Origin: Candidatus Poribacteria bacterium | GTDB taxonomy: Bacteria; Poribacteria; WGA-4E; WGA-3G | Direction of reading: 5' to 3' | Assembly (NCBI GenBank): GCA_965220065.1 | Contig: OZ244804.1 | Coordinates: forward strand, 1,050,227-1,114,226 | Length of the DNA stretch: 64,000 bases | In this document: positions 37,868-48,001 of the stretch, piece after piece | Layout of the letters: every line of letters starts with the position of its first letter | Position numbering within the stretch: the first letter of the stretch is position 1 | Position numbers and translations under genes: made by a program | Notes under the pieces: model-generated | Seen by the model: the letters and a program-made list of their open reading frames with translations, nothing else | Told to the model about the DNA's origin: nothing | Database searches by the model: none

Positions 37868-38917
37868 GTGAAACCATCAGCACACCTCACCGAACCGCAA
37901 GGTAAAATTAAAATATTTCGAGAACGTTTGAGGTCCGAGGAACCGATTTTATACGACGGCGGATTCGGTTCGCAGTTATTCGCACGGGATATAGAGCTCG
38001 CCAACAGTGCCCTTGCCAACGACCTACATCCCACTGCCGTTACCGACATTCATTCGGATTATATCAAGGCGGGTGCTGAGGCGATCGGGACAAACACGTT
38101 CGTGGCATCTCCGCTTCACTTGGAGATGGCAGGTCAAGACCTATCCGATGCCAAACGGCTCACCCGACTCGCAGTCCAACACGCAAAAGCAGCTGTCGAA
38201 CAGAACGGACGAGATGTCTACATTGCTGGCTCTGTGGGACCCTCTCCCGGCGCGATTGAAGCCGATAGCGGCGATACCACTTTCGGCATTCCAAATGAAG
38301 ATGCGAAAGAGGCGCATAAATTGGTTATCCACACCCTCGCAGAAGAAGGCGTGGATTTCCTCTGCCTCGAAACGATGTTCTCTGCGAAAGAAGCCGCGAT
38401 GGCTGTAGACGTTGCCCGCGAGACAGGAATCCCTATTGCTGTGAATATGACTTACAAATGGACAAAGGAACGGCGCACCGACAAGGTTATCTACCGAACG
38501 GACTGGGGAAATTCACCAGCGGATCTGCTCGATATTCTCATGAACAACGAACTTTCGGATGGAGATTCGCTGTTGGAATCCGTTAGTATCCTCGGCGTGA
38601 ACTGCGGTGCTGAATCCAGACGTGATGAACATACTGGGATGCCTTATGCGATTGCTGGAACCCAGCAGTTGCACACAGCACTCACCGAAGTAGGCATTGA
38701 TGGTAAACAGATGATGGCATATCCCAACGCTGGCATGCCGAAGCTTGATGAAAACCATCAAACTGTCTATACGCAGACCCCAACAGAAATGGCAAGCTAT
38801 GTTCCCACACTCCTTGAGGCGGGGGCTTACTTAATAGGTGGCTGTTGTGGAACAACGCCAGCACATATCAAAGCCCTCCGCGAAGCAATCGCGTCGTATC
38901 GTTCAACAGAAGCGTAA
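37868..38917 (+). CDS. Homocysteine S-methyltransferase domain protein (stand-alone MetH N-terminal module)
   Basis: DGGFGSQL, TNTF, LETM, GVNC, YPNAG, GGCCGTTPAHI; GTG start lies in a family A repeat. Confidence 0.85.
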   Translation: MKPSAHLTEPQGKIKIFRERLRSEEPILYDGGFGSQLFARDIELANSALANDLHPTAVTDIHSDYIKAGAEAIGTNTFVASPLHLEMAGQDLSDAKRLTRLAVQHAKAAVEQNGRDVYIAGSVGPSPGAIEADSGDTTFGIPNEDAKEAHKLVIHTLAEEGVDFLCLETMFSAKEAAMAVDVARETGIPIAVNMTYKWTKERRTDKVIYRTDWGNSPADLLDILMNNELSDGDSLLESVSILGVNCGAESRRDEHTGMPYAIAGTQQLHTALTEVGIDGKQMMAYPNAGMPKLDENHQTVYTQTPTEMASYVPTLLEAGAYLIGGCCGTTPAHIKALREAIASYRSTEA

Positions 38918-39102
38918 TTGTTGGAAGAAGTAGAACAATGTCTGGAAAAAAATTAAAGAGCGCGTAACTTGGATTGTCCTCGGATGCCACACGCGCATCC
39001 GTTCTGTGGAAAACGGGTAGATAGAGAGGAACTTTCAGGAATCCTGGGGAAACACCCAAGCAAAAACACCCACCTGAGCGAACCGCAAGGAAAATTAGAA
39101 AA

Positions 39103-39657
39103 ATGGAAACTGTAACACTTACCTATAAAAGACTGCCGAATCGAGTCAACCACTTTCAACAAGAACTACTCTACCTCGATGACGAGGTCATTGTTACGTC
39201 TCAACGGGTTAAGCCGTCCTCACCTATAGTTCAGAACGGCGAGACGGTTTTAGCGGACAACTTCGCCGCGGTCTGGTTTGTGTTTACAGGTTTATGGTAT
39301 GATGTCGGAAAGGTCTATAATCTGAATAACGAATGGACCGGTTACTACTGCGATGTCCTGAAACCGGTTAGACGGAGCCTGGATGTAAACGGGAAACTGA
39401 ATCGTTTTGAAATAACGGACTTATTCCTGGATCTTTGGATAAATCCAGATGGCACCTACGAGATTCAGGATGAAGATGAGTTTGAAGATGCGGTTCAGAA
39501 TGGAGCAATTGACGCTGAACTGGAAAGAAAAGCACTGGAGGTCCTAAAGGCATTAATTATTGAAACTGAGTCTGGACACGTGGAACGTCGCTTGCAGACG
39601 GTAATCAGTAGAGCGGGGTTCCCAAATTTGCAGGATTATATAAAAACGTTACCTTAG
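39103..39657 (+). CDS. DUF402 family protein (copy 1)
   Basis: WTGYYCDV, TDLFLDLW, DEDEFEDA. Confidence 0.8.
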   Translation: METVTLTYKRLPNRVNHFQQELLYLDDEVIVTSQRVKPSSPIVQNGETVLADNFAAVWFVFTGLWYDVGKVYNLNNEWTGYYCDVLKPVRRSLDVNGKLNRFEITDLFLDLWINPDGTYEIQDEDEFEDAVQNGAIDAELERKALEVLKALIIETESGHVERRLQTVISRAGFPNLQDYIKTLP

Positions 39658-39684
39658 ACAGCAAACGAAGATAAAGAGATTACG

Positions 39685-40245
39685 GTGGAAACGATAACAC
39701 TCATCTATAAATGGCCTCCCGACCGGGTACATCACTCCCAACAACAATTGCTTTACGTGGATGAGAATGTCATTGTTACATTTCAACGGATTAAACCATC
39801 CTCGCCTATAGTTCAAAAAGGTGAGATAGTTTTAGGGGATAACTTCACTGTCATCTGGTTTGTATTTACAGATTTATGGTATGGTGTCGCTAAAGTGTAT
39901 AATCTGAATAACCAGTGGACCGGTTATTACTGCGACATTATGAAACCGGTCAAGCGCGATGTAGATGTAACAGGAAAGCTTAATTGCTTTGAAATAACAG
40001 ACTTATTCTTGGATCTTTGGATAAATCCAGATGGTACCTACGAGATTCAGGATGAAGATGAGCTTGAAGATGCGGTTCAAGAAGGCATAATTAACACTGA
40101 ATTGGAAACAGAGACTCGGAGTGTCCTGAAGTCATTAATCGCTGAGGTTGAATCCGGGCATTTGGAGTATCGCTTACAAGAAGTAATGAATAGAGCAAAA
40201 CTTACAGATTTTCCGGACTGTGTAGAACACATTAACGGGGGATGA
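39685..40245 (+). CDS. DUF402 family protein (copy 2, tandem duplicate)
   Basis: Same motifs; colinear with copy 1. Confidence 0.8.
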   Translation: METITLIYKWPPDRVHHSQQQLLYVDENVIVTFQRIKPSSPIVQKGEIVLGDNFTVIWFVFTDLWYGVAKVYNLNNQWTGYYCDIMKPVKRDVDVTGKLNCFEITDLFLDLWINPDGTYEIQDEDELEDAVQEGIINTELETETRSVLKSLIAEVESGHLEYRLQEVMNRAKLTDFPDCVEHINGG

Positions 40246-40249
40246 AGAG

Positions 40250-41464
40250 ATGGCGACATTGGCAATAAACGGCGGTGAACCTGTCCGCACAAATTCTTAT
40301 CCGACATGGCCCACGCAGGATCCTGCTGATATCGAAGCATTTGAAAATATCTACAAAAGTGGACAATGGGGTGTAGGTGGACCGAAGGTTCCAGAATTCG
40401 CACAGCAGTTCGCTACATTCCAAGGTGCGAACTATGGCGTCTGCGTCAATAGCGGCACCTCGGCACTCTATATCGCTCTAAAAGCCGCTGGCGTTTGCCC
40501 CGGCGACGAAGTTATTACCACACCGTATACCTTCCAAGCGACCGTTGTCGCTATTTTGATGACACACGCCGTGCCGGTCTTTGTGGATACTGCACCGGAC
40601 AGTTTCCTGTTAGATGCCTCGAAGGTCGAAGCCGCAATAACGGAAAAAACGAAGGCGATTTTGCCGGTTCATATTGCCGGGTATCCAGCGGATATGGACG
40701 CGCTTGTTGACATCGCGAATCGACATAACCTGGGGATTGTCGAAGATTGTGCCCAGGCACACGGCGCGGAATGGCGTGGACGCGGGGTCGGCAGTTGGGG
40801 GCATTTCGGATGCTTCAGTTTCCAGTCGTCAAAAAACCTTTGTGCAGGTGAAGGTGGCATTGTCCTCATGAACGACAGAGAACTCTACGAACGTGCTTAC
40901 GCGCTTCATAACTGCGGTCGCACGCTACCTGATGCTGAGTTCGGAGAGGCAGAACCTTTTGGAGGGAACTTCCGAATGACGGAATGGCAAGCTGGGTTAC
41001 TCCTGTCCCGCTTGACTCGACTCGAAGCCGAAACCAACTACCGACATAAGAACATGCGGTGGTTAGATGGTTGGCTTGGCGAGATTCCGGGCATTATCGT
41101 CACACCGCTTGACCCGCGCGCGACGCGTGGTGGATGCCACGGCTATAAGGCGATCTTTGATTCCGAGGAGTTTGAAGGCATATCACGTGAGACGTTTCTC
41201 CGTGCAATGCGCGCCGAAGGGATACCGATGGGATATTGGTATACTACCCCCATGTATAGAGCCGCCTTTCTCGCCTCTAATCTTTTCGGTCAGGATCTCA
41301 ATTATGAGGGTGTGCAGTGCCCTGAAACTGAGAAGATATGTCAAACGGGTCTTTCCTTAAGTCAAAATGTGTTGATGGCGAGTGAAGAGGACATAGAGGA
41401 TATTGTTAAGGCGGCGATTAAAATTCGTCGGAACGTCGCTGAGCTAAAGTCGGAAACCTCGTAG
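40250..41464 (+). CDS. DegT/DnrJ/EryC1/StrS PLP-dependent aminotransferase
   Basis: NSGTSAL, EDCAQAHG, SFQSSKNL, GEGG, NFRMTE. Confidence 0.92.
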   Translation: MATLAINGGEPVRTNSYPTWPTQDPADIEAFENIYKSGQWGVGGPKVPEFAQQFATFQGANYGVCVNSGTSALYIALKAAGVCPGDEVITTPYTFQATVVAILMTHAVPVFVDTAPDSFLLDASKVEAAITEKTKAILPVHIAGYPADMDALVDIANRHNLGIVEDCAQAHGAEWRGRGVGSWGHFGCFSFQSSKNLCAGEGGIVLMNDRELYERAYALHNCGRTLPDAEFGEAEPFGGNFRMTEWQAGLLLSRLTRLEAETNYRHKNMRWLDGWLGEIPGIIVTPLDPRATRGGCHGYKAIFDSEEFEGISRETFLRAMRAEGIPMGYWYTTPMYRAAFLASNLFGQDLNYEGVQCPETEKICQTGLSLSQNVLMASEEDIEDIVKAAIKIRRNVAELKSETS

Positions 41465-41871
41465 TGGAATAGTTATCAGTTGTCAGTCACAAGAAGTGTT
41501 AGGGCAACCACAAGCGGTAGATAACCACAAGGATAGTCTTTACTGATGGCTGATGGCTGACAGCCATTTTTTTCCTATCCTTTTGGTCTGTGGTGACTCT
41601 ATATAGACAACCCGATTTTTTAACTATTAAATCTATCAGCGGTTAGCACTCAGTTAAAGAGGGATAGGTACAAGACCAGCCTTACTGATGACTGCACATC
41701 CTCCAAAATCAGCTTAAAATTAACCGAGAACCATCGTGAAACGAAGTGGAACGATGATAAGAAACTTAATAGTTAAAAAATTTTACTATCCTTTTCAGTC
41801 TTAAGGGACTCTATACAGGTAAATCCATAAGCGTGAGCCTATAGAGGCTCGCGGGACAATAGGAGAAAATC

Positions 41872-42456
41872 ATGTCTAACGAACGTGAAGCCCAGAAAGA
41901 AATCCGTCGGCAAAAGGAAATCCGTCAGATTCTGAGGCTCTTAGAAATGACTGCACGCATCATAGAAACTTCAGCGATTACAGACCAGTTTTCAGGGAGT
42001 GAGGAGCGCTGCGCTCGACAATTTAACAACGCACTTGAACTCCTGACCGATCTCGGTGCAGTGCCCGAGGATCTGTTTGAACCTTTGGAAGACCATGATG
42101 CCTCTTTTGGCGATATTTGCTTTGCCTGTCACCAAGTCGCCGCTTACGTTAAAGAAAGTTGTGCCGATGATTTTGTTGACTTCGCACAAGTCAAGCAAAC
42201 GATTGGTAATGAGTTGAAGGATGTCAGTGAAGTAGTGCGGCAATCAATGCCCTCCTTCCTCAAAGATATTTGGGGCAGTCAGACACAAGAAGGTAACGCT
42301 GGAGCTCCTGAAACCGTTGAGGTGGTCTCAGACGAGGATGAGGACGTGACGTCTGTCGAACAGCGTATCGCCAAACTTGAAGGGCAAATGGAAACCGTTG
42401 TCGAGATACTTCAAGAGATTCGGACACAACAGGTCGAACAGAACAAAGAACTTTAG
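41872..42456 (+). CDS. Hypothetical helical protein with C-terminal coiled coil
   Basis: AGGAG RBS; 194-aa ORF co-oriented with DUF4097 gene. Confidence 0.7.
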   Translation: MSNEREAQKEIRRQKEIRQILRLLEMTARIIETSAITDQFSGSEERCARQFNNALELLTDLGAVPEDLFEPLEDHDASFGDICFACHQVAAYVKESCADDFVDFAQVKQTIGNELKDVSEVVRQSMPSFLKDIWGSQTQEGNAGAPETVEVVSDEDEDVTSVEQRIAKLEGQMETVVEILQEIRTQQVEQNKEL

Positions 42457-42507
42457 AATAGGAGACAGCCATCAGCGATCAGCAATCAGCAAAAGAGTTA
42501 CCTCACA

Positions 42508-43713
42508 GTGAGAGTTCACGAAAAAACCGCTTGCCTGAAAGTCGATCGTCGATGGCTGATAGTCAATTTGATGAAACTACTTATCGTGTTGACCCTTTTT
42601 TTTTCGGCACTGTTTCTATTCTGCAGTGCTGGTTGCCAATTTACATCACTGGCAGCAGAGGAATCTATCTTGGAAAAGATTGAAAAAACATATAACGTCA
42701 AGGCTGGTGGAAGTTTAACAATTGTGTCAGAGTTCGGGGCAATTGAAATTCAAACCGCTGAACAAGATAAGGTTGAGATTGTGGTCACAAAAGCAGCAAA
42801 GTCCTTGAAGCGATCGGCGAAAGAAGCACTTGCTGATTTTGAGGTAGCATTCTCGCCCGAAAATATCGGAGCCCCTACATTTGGACAGGAGAATGATACT
42901 CCTGATTATTTGTCAGTTGTGCCCGAGGATGCCGATGTTTATATTCAAGGGAAGTTCAAACATGGGCGAGAACGCTGGCGGAAAATACTCAATCGCTTGG
43001 AAATTCGTTTTCACGTAACGGTCCCCAAAAACTATAACGTTGATTTGAGTACCCAAGGCGGTAGCATCAAAGTCGGCGATCTTGATGGTACGGTTCGCGC
43101 CCACACTTCGGGAGGAAGTTTACGTTTCGGGAACATTACAGGAACGGTGTGGGGACGGACATCCGGTGGCAGCATCAAACTCACATCGTGTGGCAGTCCA
43201 GTCGATCTGAAAACGTCTGGTGGTAGTATTGAAGTCGTTGACGTGGCCGGGGATGTTCAAGCACAAACTTCTGGAGGCAGTCTCCGCTTTGGTGCAATTC
43301 AGGGTTCTATTTGGGGCAAAACTTCAGGTGGGAGCATCAAGGTTGCGAGTTGTAGTGGAGGTGCAGATGTTCAAACCTCGGGCGGTAGTATTAGACTGGA
43401 GAGCGTTGGCGGGAATGTAAACGCGAAAACCTCAGGAGGTACCATCCGTGCCACTATGACAACACAACCGCAGGATGAGTGTAGTTTGCGCACATCGGGA
43501 GGCGGAATAACTCTCACGCTTATTCCAGATATCGCCGTTGACGTAGAAGCAGAGACCAGCGGTGGACGCGTTTCGACGGATTTCGCAGTCGAATCGGCCA
43601 TCCAGGGGAAGGTTCCCAGAAATAGATTGAAAGGTAGCATAAATGGCGGCGGACCCCTGCTAAAATTACGCACTTCTGGTGGTAGCATTCGCTTGCAGAA
43701 AGCGGCAGATTAA
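42508..43713 (+). CDS. DUF4097 (putative adhesin beta-repeat) lipoprotein
   Basis: Multiple TSGGSI repeats, INGGGPLLKLRTSGGSI end; SAGC lipobox; real start probably 42571. Confidence 0.85.
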   Translation: MRVHEKTACLKVDRRWLIVNLMKLLIVLTLFFSALFLFCSAGCQFTSLAAEESILEKIEKTYNVKAGGSLTIVSEFGAIEIQTAEQDKVEIVVTKAAKSLKRSAKEALADFEVAFSPENIGAPTFGQENDTPDYLSVVPEDADVYIQGKFKHGRERWRKILNRLEIRFHVTVPKNYNVDLSTQGGSIKVGDLDGTVRAHTSGGSLRFGNITGTVWGRTSGGSIKLTSCGSPVDLKTSGGSIEVVDVAGDVQAQTSGGSLRFGAIQGSIWGKTSGGSIKVASCSGGADVQTSGGSIRLESVGGNVNAKTSGGTIRATMTTQPQDECSLRTSGGGITLTLIPDIAVDVEAETSGGRVSTDFAVESAIQGKVPRNRLKGSINGGGPLLKLRTSGGSIRLQKAAD

Positions 43714-43740
43714 GCGCGTTTCGGGATCGGCAGATAGAAC

Positions 43741-45672
43741 CTACCAGTGCTTAAACGAGTACATCCGTTGTCCAAGAAACAGACCTAAAATTGCCCATAG
43801 ACTTCCCATCACGAATTCGCCGAGCATTGTCCCTAAAAACAGTGGCAGTGTTCGGCGATACGCGCCGATCCCACCGTGGCGAATCAGTATAGATTTTAGC
43901 ACCCACGCCAAGAATACAGGAAACCAAAGCCGACCGAAGTTCCAATTGCCCGCAAGCGGATAGGCAAGCGGATGCAGCTGCCACCAAATAAATCGCAGGC
44001 GCATAAAGAGCGTCGTAAGCGTTAGGGTAATACCGAAGCCAAAAAATCCCATGCGTCCCCAGTCTGTGTCGTTCGGGAGCGTTAGCCAGCGTTGTAGATC
44101 ACTGAAAGCCTCTTGTCCACGCCATGTTCCGAGATTACCGTGTAGGTAGCCCGCATGAAGGAACGCAACGAACCCAATCATCAGGCCAATAACCGTCGCA
44201 CCCCACATCACCCAAAGAATCTGACGAACGTTGATTCCACCTCTGTCAGCGAGTTTAAATCCTTCCAATTGATTCGGCATCGGTTGCGAACGGTAATTAC
44301 GGGTAAATCCATAGAGGAAAGCGAACCCCGTTAGCGTCGGGGCACCAATCTTTCTGGACCCAAAGAGTGAGGTGAGAAAAAGTCCAGGACCGGCACGATA
44401 GAAATCCATCGTCGGTGTTCCGAGTTCGGCACGCATCCGGGTGAACGCTAAAACAAGTATAAATTGTATGCTGAAGAACCCAAGTACACCCCACCAAGAC
44501 ATCCCTGCCTTCAGGCAAAATCCAAACACAACTGCGATACCAATCAGGAACCCAACAAACGCACTGCGGTATCCCATCGGTTCGTTTGTTGTAGCAAGGT
44601 TCGTTTTCAAACCTAAGATATTGCGTGTAACCTGCCAGAGGTGCTTGTGTGTTATCCAAAGGGCAAAGAAACAGAGACCAAAATACGCACCCGTCGACTG
44701 CATATCAATGTGCGGATAACCCGGTGTCTGATTCATCCCTGTCATTGCGCCAAAGACGAGTTGTACCTTCCAGAAAAGGTAGAACAGCCAGCAAGAGAGC
44801 GACAAATCCAGCGGCATTAAGAAACCAATTCCGATGGCATAGGGATTTAGATGAATAGGCGTTGAACCGATAGCATTTAGCGGTTTTTCTGTGAACAAGA
44901 TCCCAATATCGTGGCGGATGGGGATGCTCGGCACGTAAGGATAAAGAAAACTAATTCCATTGAGCAAATCGATCCCGCATCCGATAGCAAAACCTATCCA
45001 GAGGAGCCGGTTTCGGTAGAAACCCGCATCCTTCGTCATTTCATAAGGGAGTAGGATAATCGGGTAACTCAGTTTTTCGTGTTCAATCCACTGTTTACGG
45101 AGGATGACACTGAGCATCATCATAGAGAACGCCAACGCAGAGAAGAACACAAGCCACGCTAATACCGGTGTGAGCCATGCCTGAATATGCTCTATCTCGA
45201 ATAGATTTGAAGTGCCTTCATAGTAGCCGGTTAAGGCACGCCGATTCATGACAGCAATCCAATCCGGGATGTAGCGGAAGAAGAGCGTTTGCCATTCATT
45301 CTCTGGCGTAGCGAACCATGCCGCGTGCCCCAAAACACACATTGTCGCCTGCAAAAGGTCATGCCCGCAGACGACGCATGCAAGCGTTACCATGAGATAC
45401 ACCGTCAGCATTTCCGCTTGTGTGAGCTGCCATTTCGGGAGATGGCGTGTTAAGAATAGATTGAATATTGCAACGAGGAAAAGCGTAAAGACGGCGTTGA
45501 AGAAAATCGCCATCGTGGTGGGATACTGTGTTGTCCACACCGTTTCCGTTTGAACAACGAGATAGATATTAAGTGGAAGCGATAATAATCCTAACAGAAT
45601 GGCTCGCCAGGTGATATTCTCGGTTTTTTTAATTATACCTTGCGGTTCGATCAGGTCGGTTGATAGTTTCAC
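43741..45672 (-). CDS. Polytopic membrane protein (DUF6785/DUF6784-like, OPT-like)
   Basis: LRKQWIEHEKLSYP, RMRAELG, WWQLHPLAY, many TM helices. Confidence 0.7.
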   Translation of the reverse strand: MKLSTDLIEPQGIIKKTENITWRAILLGLLSLPLNIYLVVQTETVWTTQYPTTMAIFFNAVFTLFLVAIFNLFLTRHLPKWQLTQAEMLTVYLMVTLACVVCGHDLLQATMCVLGHAAWFATPENEWQTLFFRYIPDWIAVMNRRALTGYYEGTSNLFEIEHIQAWLTPVLAWLVFFSALAFSMMMLSVILRKQWIEHEKLSYPIILLPYEMTKDAGFYRNRLLWIGFAIGCGIDLLNGISFLYPYVPSIPIRHDIGILFTEKPLNAIGSTPIHLNPYAIGIGFLMPLDLSLSCWLFYLFWKVQLVFGAMTGMNQTPGYPHIDMQSTGAYFGLCFFALWITHKHLWQVTRNILGLKTNLATTNEPMGYRSAFVGFLIGIAVVFGFCLKAGMSWWGVLGFFSIQFILVLAFTRMRAELGTPTMDFYRAGPGLFLTSLFGSRKIGAPTLTGFAFLYGFTRNYRSQPMPNQLEGFKLADRGGINVRQILWVMWGATVIGLMIGFVAFLHAGYLHGNLGTWRGQEAFSDLQRWLTLPNDTDWGRMGFFGFGITLTLTTLFMRLRFIWWQLHPLAYPLAGNWNFGRLWFPVFLAWVLKSILIRHGGIGAYRRTLPLFLGTMLGEFVMGSLWAILGLFLGQRMYSFKHW

Positions 45673-45876
45673 ATTCTTTTCCGTTTTTTAATTATACCTT
45701 GCAGTTCGGTCAGATAGATTTAAAGTTTGACGTTCCTTTCCGTATATCCGTTCTCCATTTCATTACGAACTATGCACTTTAGTTTACCCAAGACAGTAGC
45801 CTGCAACAACGGCGCAGGCGGATTTGAGAAACGCACGTCAAAGTCCAAACGGACATCGTTTCTCCGCAAGGAAAAA

Positions 45877-47922
45877 TTAAAAAGTTCGCTCCTGACCGTA
45901 GAAAATCCGCGGTTTGAACGAAGGTGAAAAGGGTGGATCAAGCGGGAAGGCGAATTCTACCCGAAGAATACCTGTACCACTAAACTGCGAGAGACTCCCA
46001 CGCAACCCAAATCCAACACTCCGCTTGGGCCTCGTTAAATTGAAGGTGTGGTTGCCGTTCCAAATGTACCCAATATCTGCGAACACGATCCCGCTCAACA
46101 TGACTCCGAGATGTACCCGCCTGTCGCTAAATGGACGCGCCACAGCCGTCGCGACTGCAGCCAGTGCTTCATCTACTTTTCGGAAAACCGTTCCACCGAA
46201 TATGGTTCGGCTTTCGAGACTCACTAACATCATCTTCTCTCCACTAAACTGTCTATAGGCGTAGCCGCGTAACCCATCGAACGCTCCTAAGAGAACCTGA
46301 CTGTGTCCACTCCATCCAAACTGCATCTCTGTTTTAAACTGAGCGACAAATGTCTGATGAAAATCAAAGAGCCCGTTCTCTCTAAAACCGGTTTCAAGGG
46401 TATAAATATCACCTGTGTTGAATACATCGGTATAAAACCAAGCAGTTTGCGCTTGGAGGAGGGAGCGTTCAATCCGAGTCGTGAAATTCGTGCTAAATGC
46501 GAACGTTGTGAGGTTGAAAAACCTATCTCCGCTCATCCATCCCGATCCGAGAGCCAATTCGGCGTAAGATTCTGAACGGTCTGAGGCGTATAATGGTGAA
46601 GCGTATCCAAGAGAAAGTGCGTATTGAGAGCCAACGAGGAAATTTTCCTCTTGCCCCATCCGTCGGAGGAACCGGGCTTTTTGATAGGCAATGCGTTGCC
46701 TCCCTAAGGTGAAGCCGATCCGCTTTATGTCTCGGTTCTCTAACATGGCATCGGATGCACTTGATTTTTCAAGTAGCACGTATTTTGAACGCCGCGATGC
46801 CGCCCACAACCCTATATAATTTTGTTGTTGCCTGTCCCCGAAATAGCGTCGGACGTTTGCAAAAGTTCCCTGTAGATTTTGTTCAAACGTATCGGTTTTC
46901 TTCGCGTTTTCATACCAATATATCGGATTAACCGATTCAGAAAAACGCACATTCGCGCTCCATCGACTTTTCAGCGTATATTGGGGACGTTCCAATAGCA
47001 CAAGCAAGGAATCGCCATCGCGTTTCTGGATATATTCACCATCAAAGTTCCAGTGTGAATTGAAGAGCCGCGGGTTATTATACCGTCCTCTCACAAGGCT
47101 CCGCGTCTTTTCGCCTACTTCGCTAATCCTTTCGTAGCGCCACAGGGTGCTTTGACCCGATCCGAACAAGTTCGGATCTCGAAATTGTAGCAACCAATAC
47201 CGCTTCTGGTTGTTTAGGTTCAGATCTCCTCCAAGTGGAAAGGATAGGAGTTCCCGAATCGTCACGTGAATCGTAACTGATTTCGACCGCTCGTCCCATT
47301 GTGCGTCAACCTTTGCGGCACCAATATAAGTTTTCCGCCGGAGAATCTGTTCGCTTTCCTCTCTATCCGCTTCTGTATAGATATCGCCTTCCATAAACAG
47401 GAGTTCTCGGCGGATAACGTCTTCTTTCGTCTGTATATTGCCAGTTACGATGATGTTGCCAACACGACCTTCGTCAACTTCAATGGCAAGATAAACACCA
47501 TCTACAAATTTCTTCACAGAGAGTTGCTCTTCATCCACGCGCGCGAAACGGTATCCGTTCTCACGATAAAAACGCGTAATCGCTTCAAGATCGGATTTCA
47601 GAACCGTCTCATTATAAACACCCCACACATCTGTCCGCATCAGCGAGCGGATTTGCTGTTCAGAGAACGATTCATTCCCATCGATTACGAGGCTCCGTAC
47701 AACGCTCACTTCACCTTCTAAAGATGTGTTTTCATTCTGTGTAATGCCTACCGTTTCTGAAGAGTCGCTTTCGGTTAAGAGGTTTTCGTCTAACAAAACT
47801 TCCTTGCTGATTGCCGACTGCTGACCGCCAATAGAAACCATCTCGCTGATACTCAGTAAAACGATTAAGCACATTTTTAATTTTACCTTGCGGATGAATA
47901 ACGAGCGTTTCAAATTCAACAT
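45877..47922 (-). CDS. Omp85/BamA-family outer-membrane protein with POTRA domains
   Basis: IDGNESFS / VTGNIQTKEDVIRREL POTRAs; LGAFDGLRGY, FADIG, terminal Phe; start 47922 or 47874 rather than 48117. Confidence 0.8.
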   Translation of the reverse strand: MLNLKRSLFIRKVKLKMCLIVLLSISEMVSIGGQQSAISKEVLLDENLLTESDSSETVGITQNENTSLEGEVSVVRSLVIDGNESFSEQQIRSLMRTDVWGVYNETVLKSDLEAITRFYRENGYRFARVDEEQLSVKKFVDGVYLAIEVDEGRVGNIIVTGNIQTKEDVIRRELLFMEGDIYTEADREESEQILRRKTYIGAAKVDAQWDERSKSVTIHVTIRELLSFPLGGDLNLNNQKRYWLLQFRDPNLFGSGQSTLWRYERISEVGEKTRSLVRGRYNNPRLFNSHWNFDGEYIQKRDGDSLLVLLERPQYTLKSRWSANVRFSESVNPIYWYENAKKTDTFEQNLQGTFANVRRYFGDRQQQNYIGLWAASRRSKYVLLEKSSASDAMLENRDIKRIGFTLGRQRIAYQKARFLRRMGQEENFLVGSQYALSLGYASPLYASDRSESYAELALGSGWMSGDRFFNLTTFAFSTNFTTRIERSLLQAQTAWFYTDVFNTGDIYTLETGFRENGLFDFHQTFVAQFKTEMQFGWSGHSQVLLGAFDGLRGYAYRQFSGEKMMLVSLESRTIFGGTVFRKVDEALAAVATAVARPFSDRRVHLGVMLSGIVFADIGYIWNGNHTFNLTRPKRSVGFGLRGSLSQFSGTGILRVEFAFPLDPPFSPSFKPRIFYGQERTF

Positions 47923-48001
47923 ATTTTTCTCTAAAGTCGTCTGCGCCGTTATTGCAGGCTTCGGCTCCGATCTTAAGAAGCACCTACAGAATAAGCGAAA
48001 A

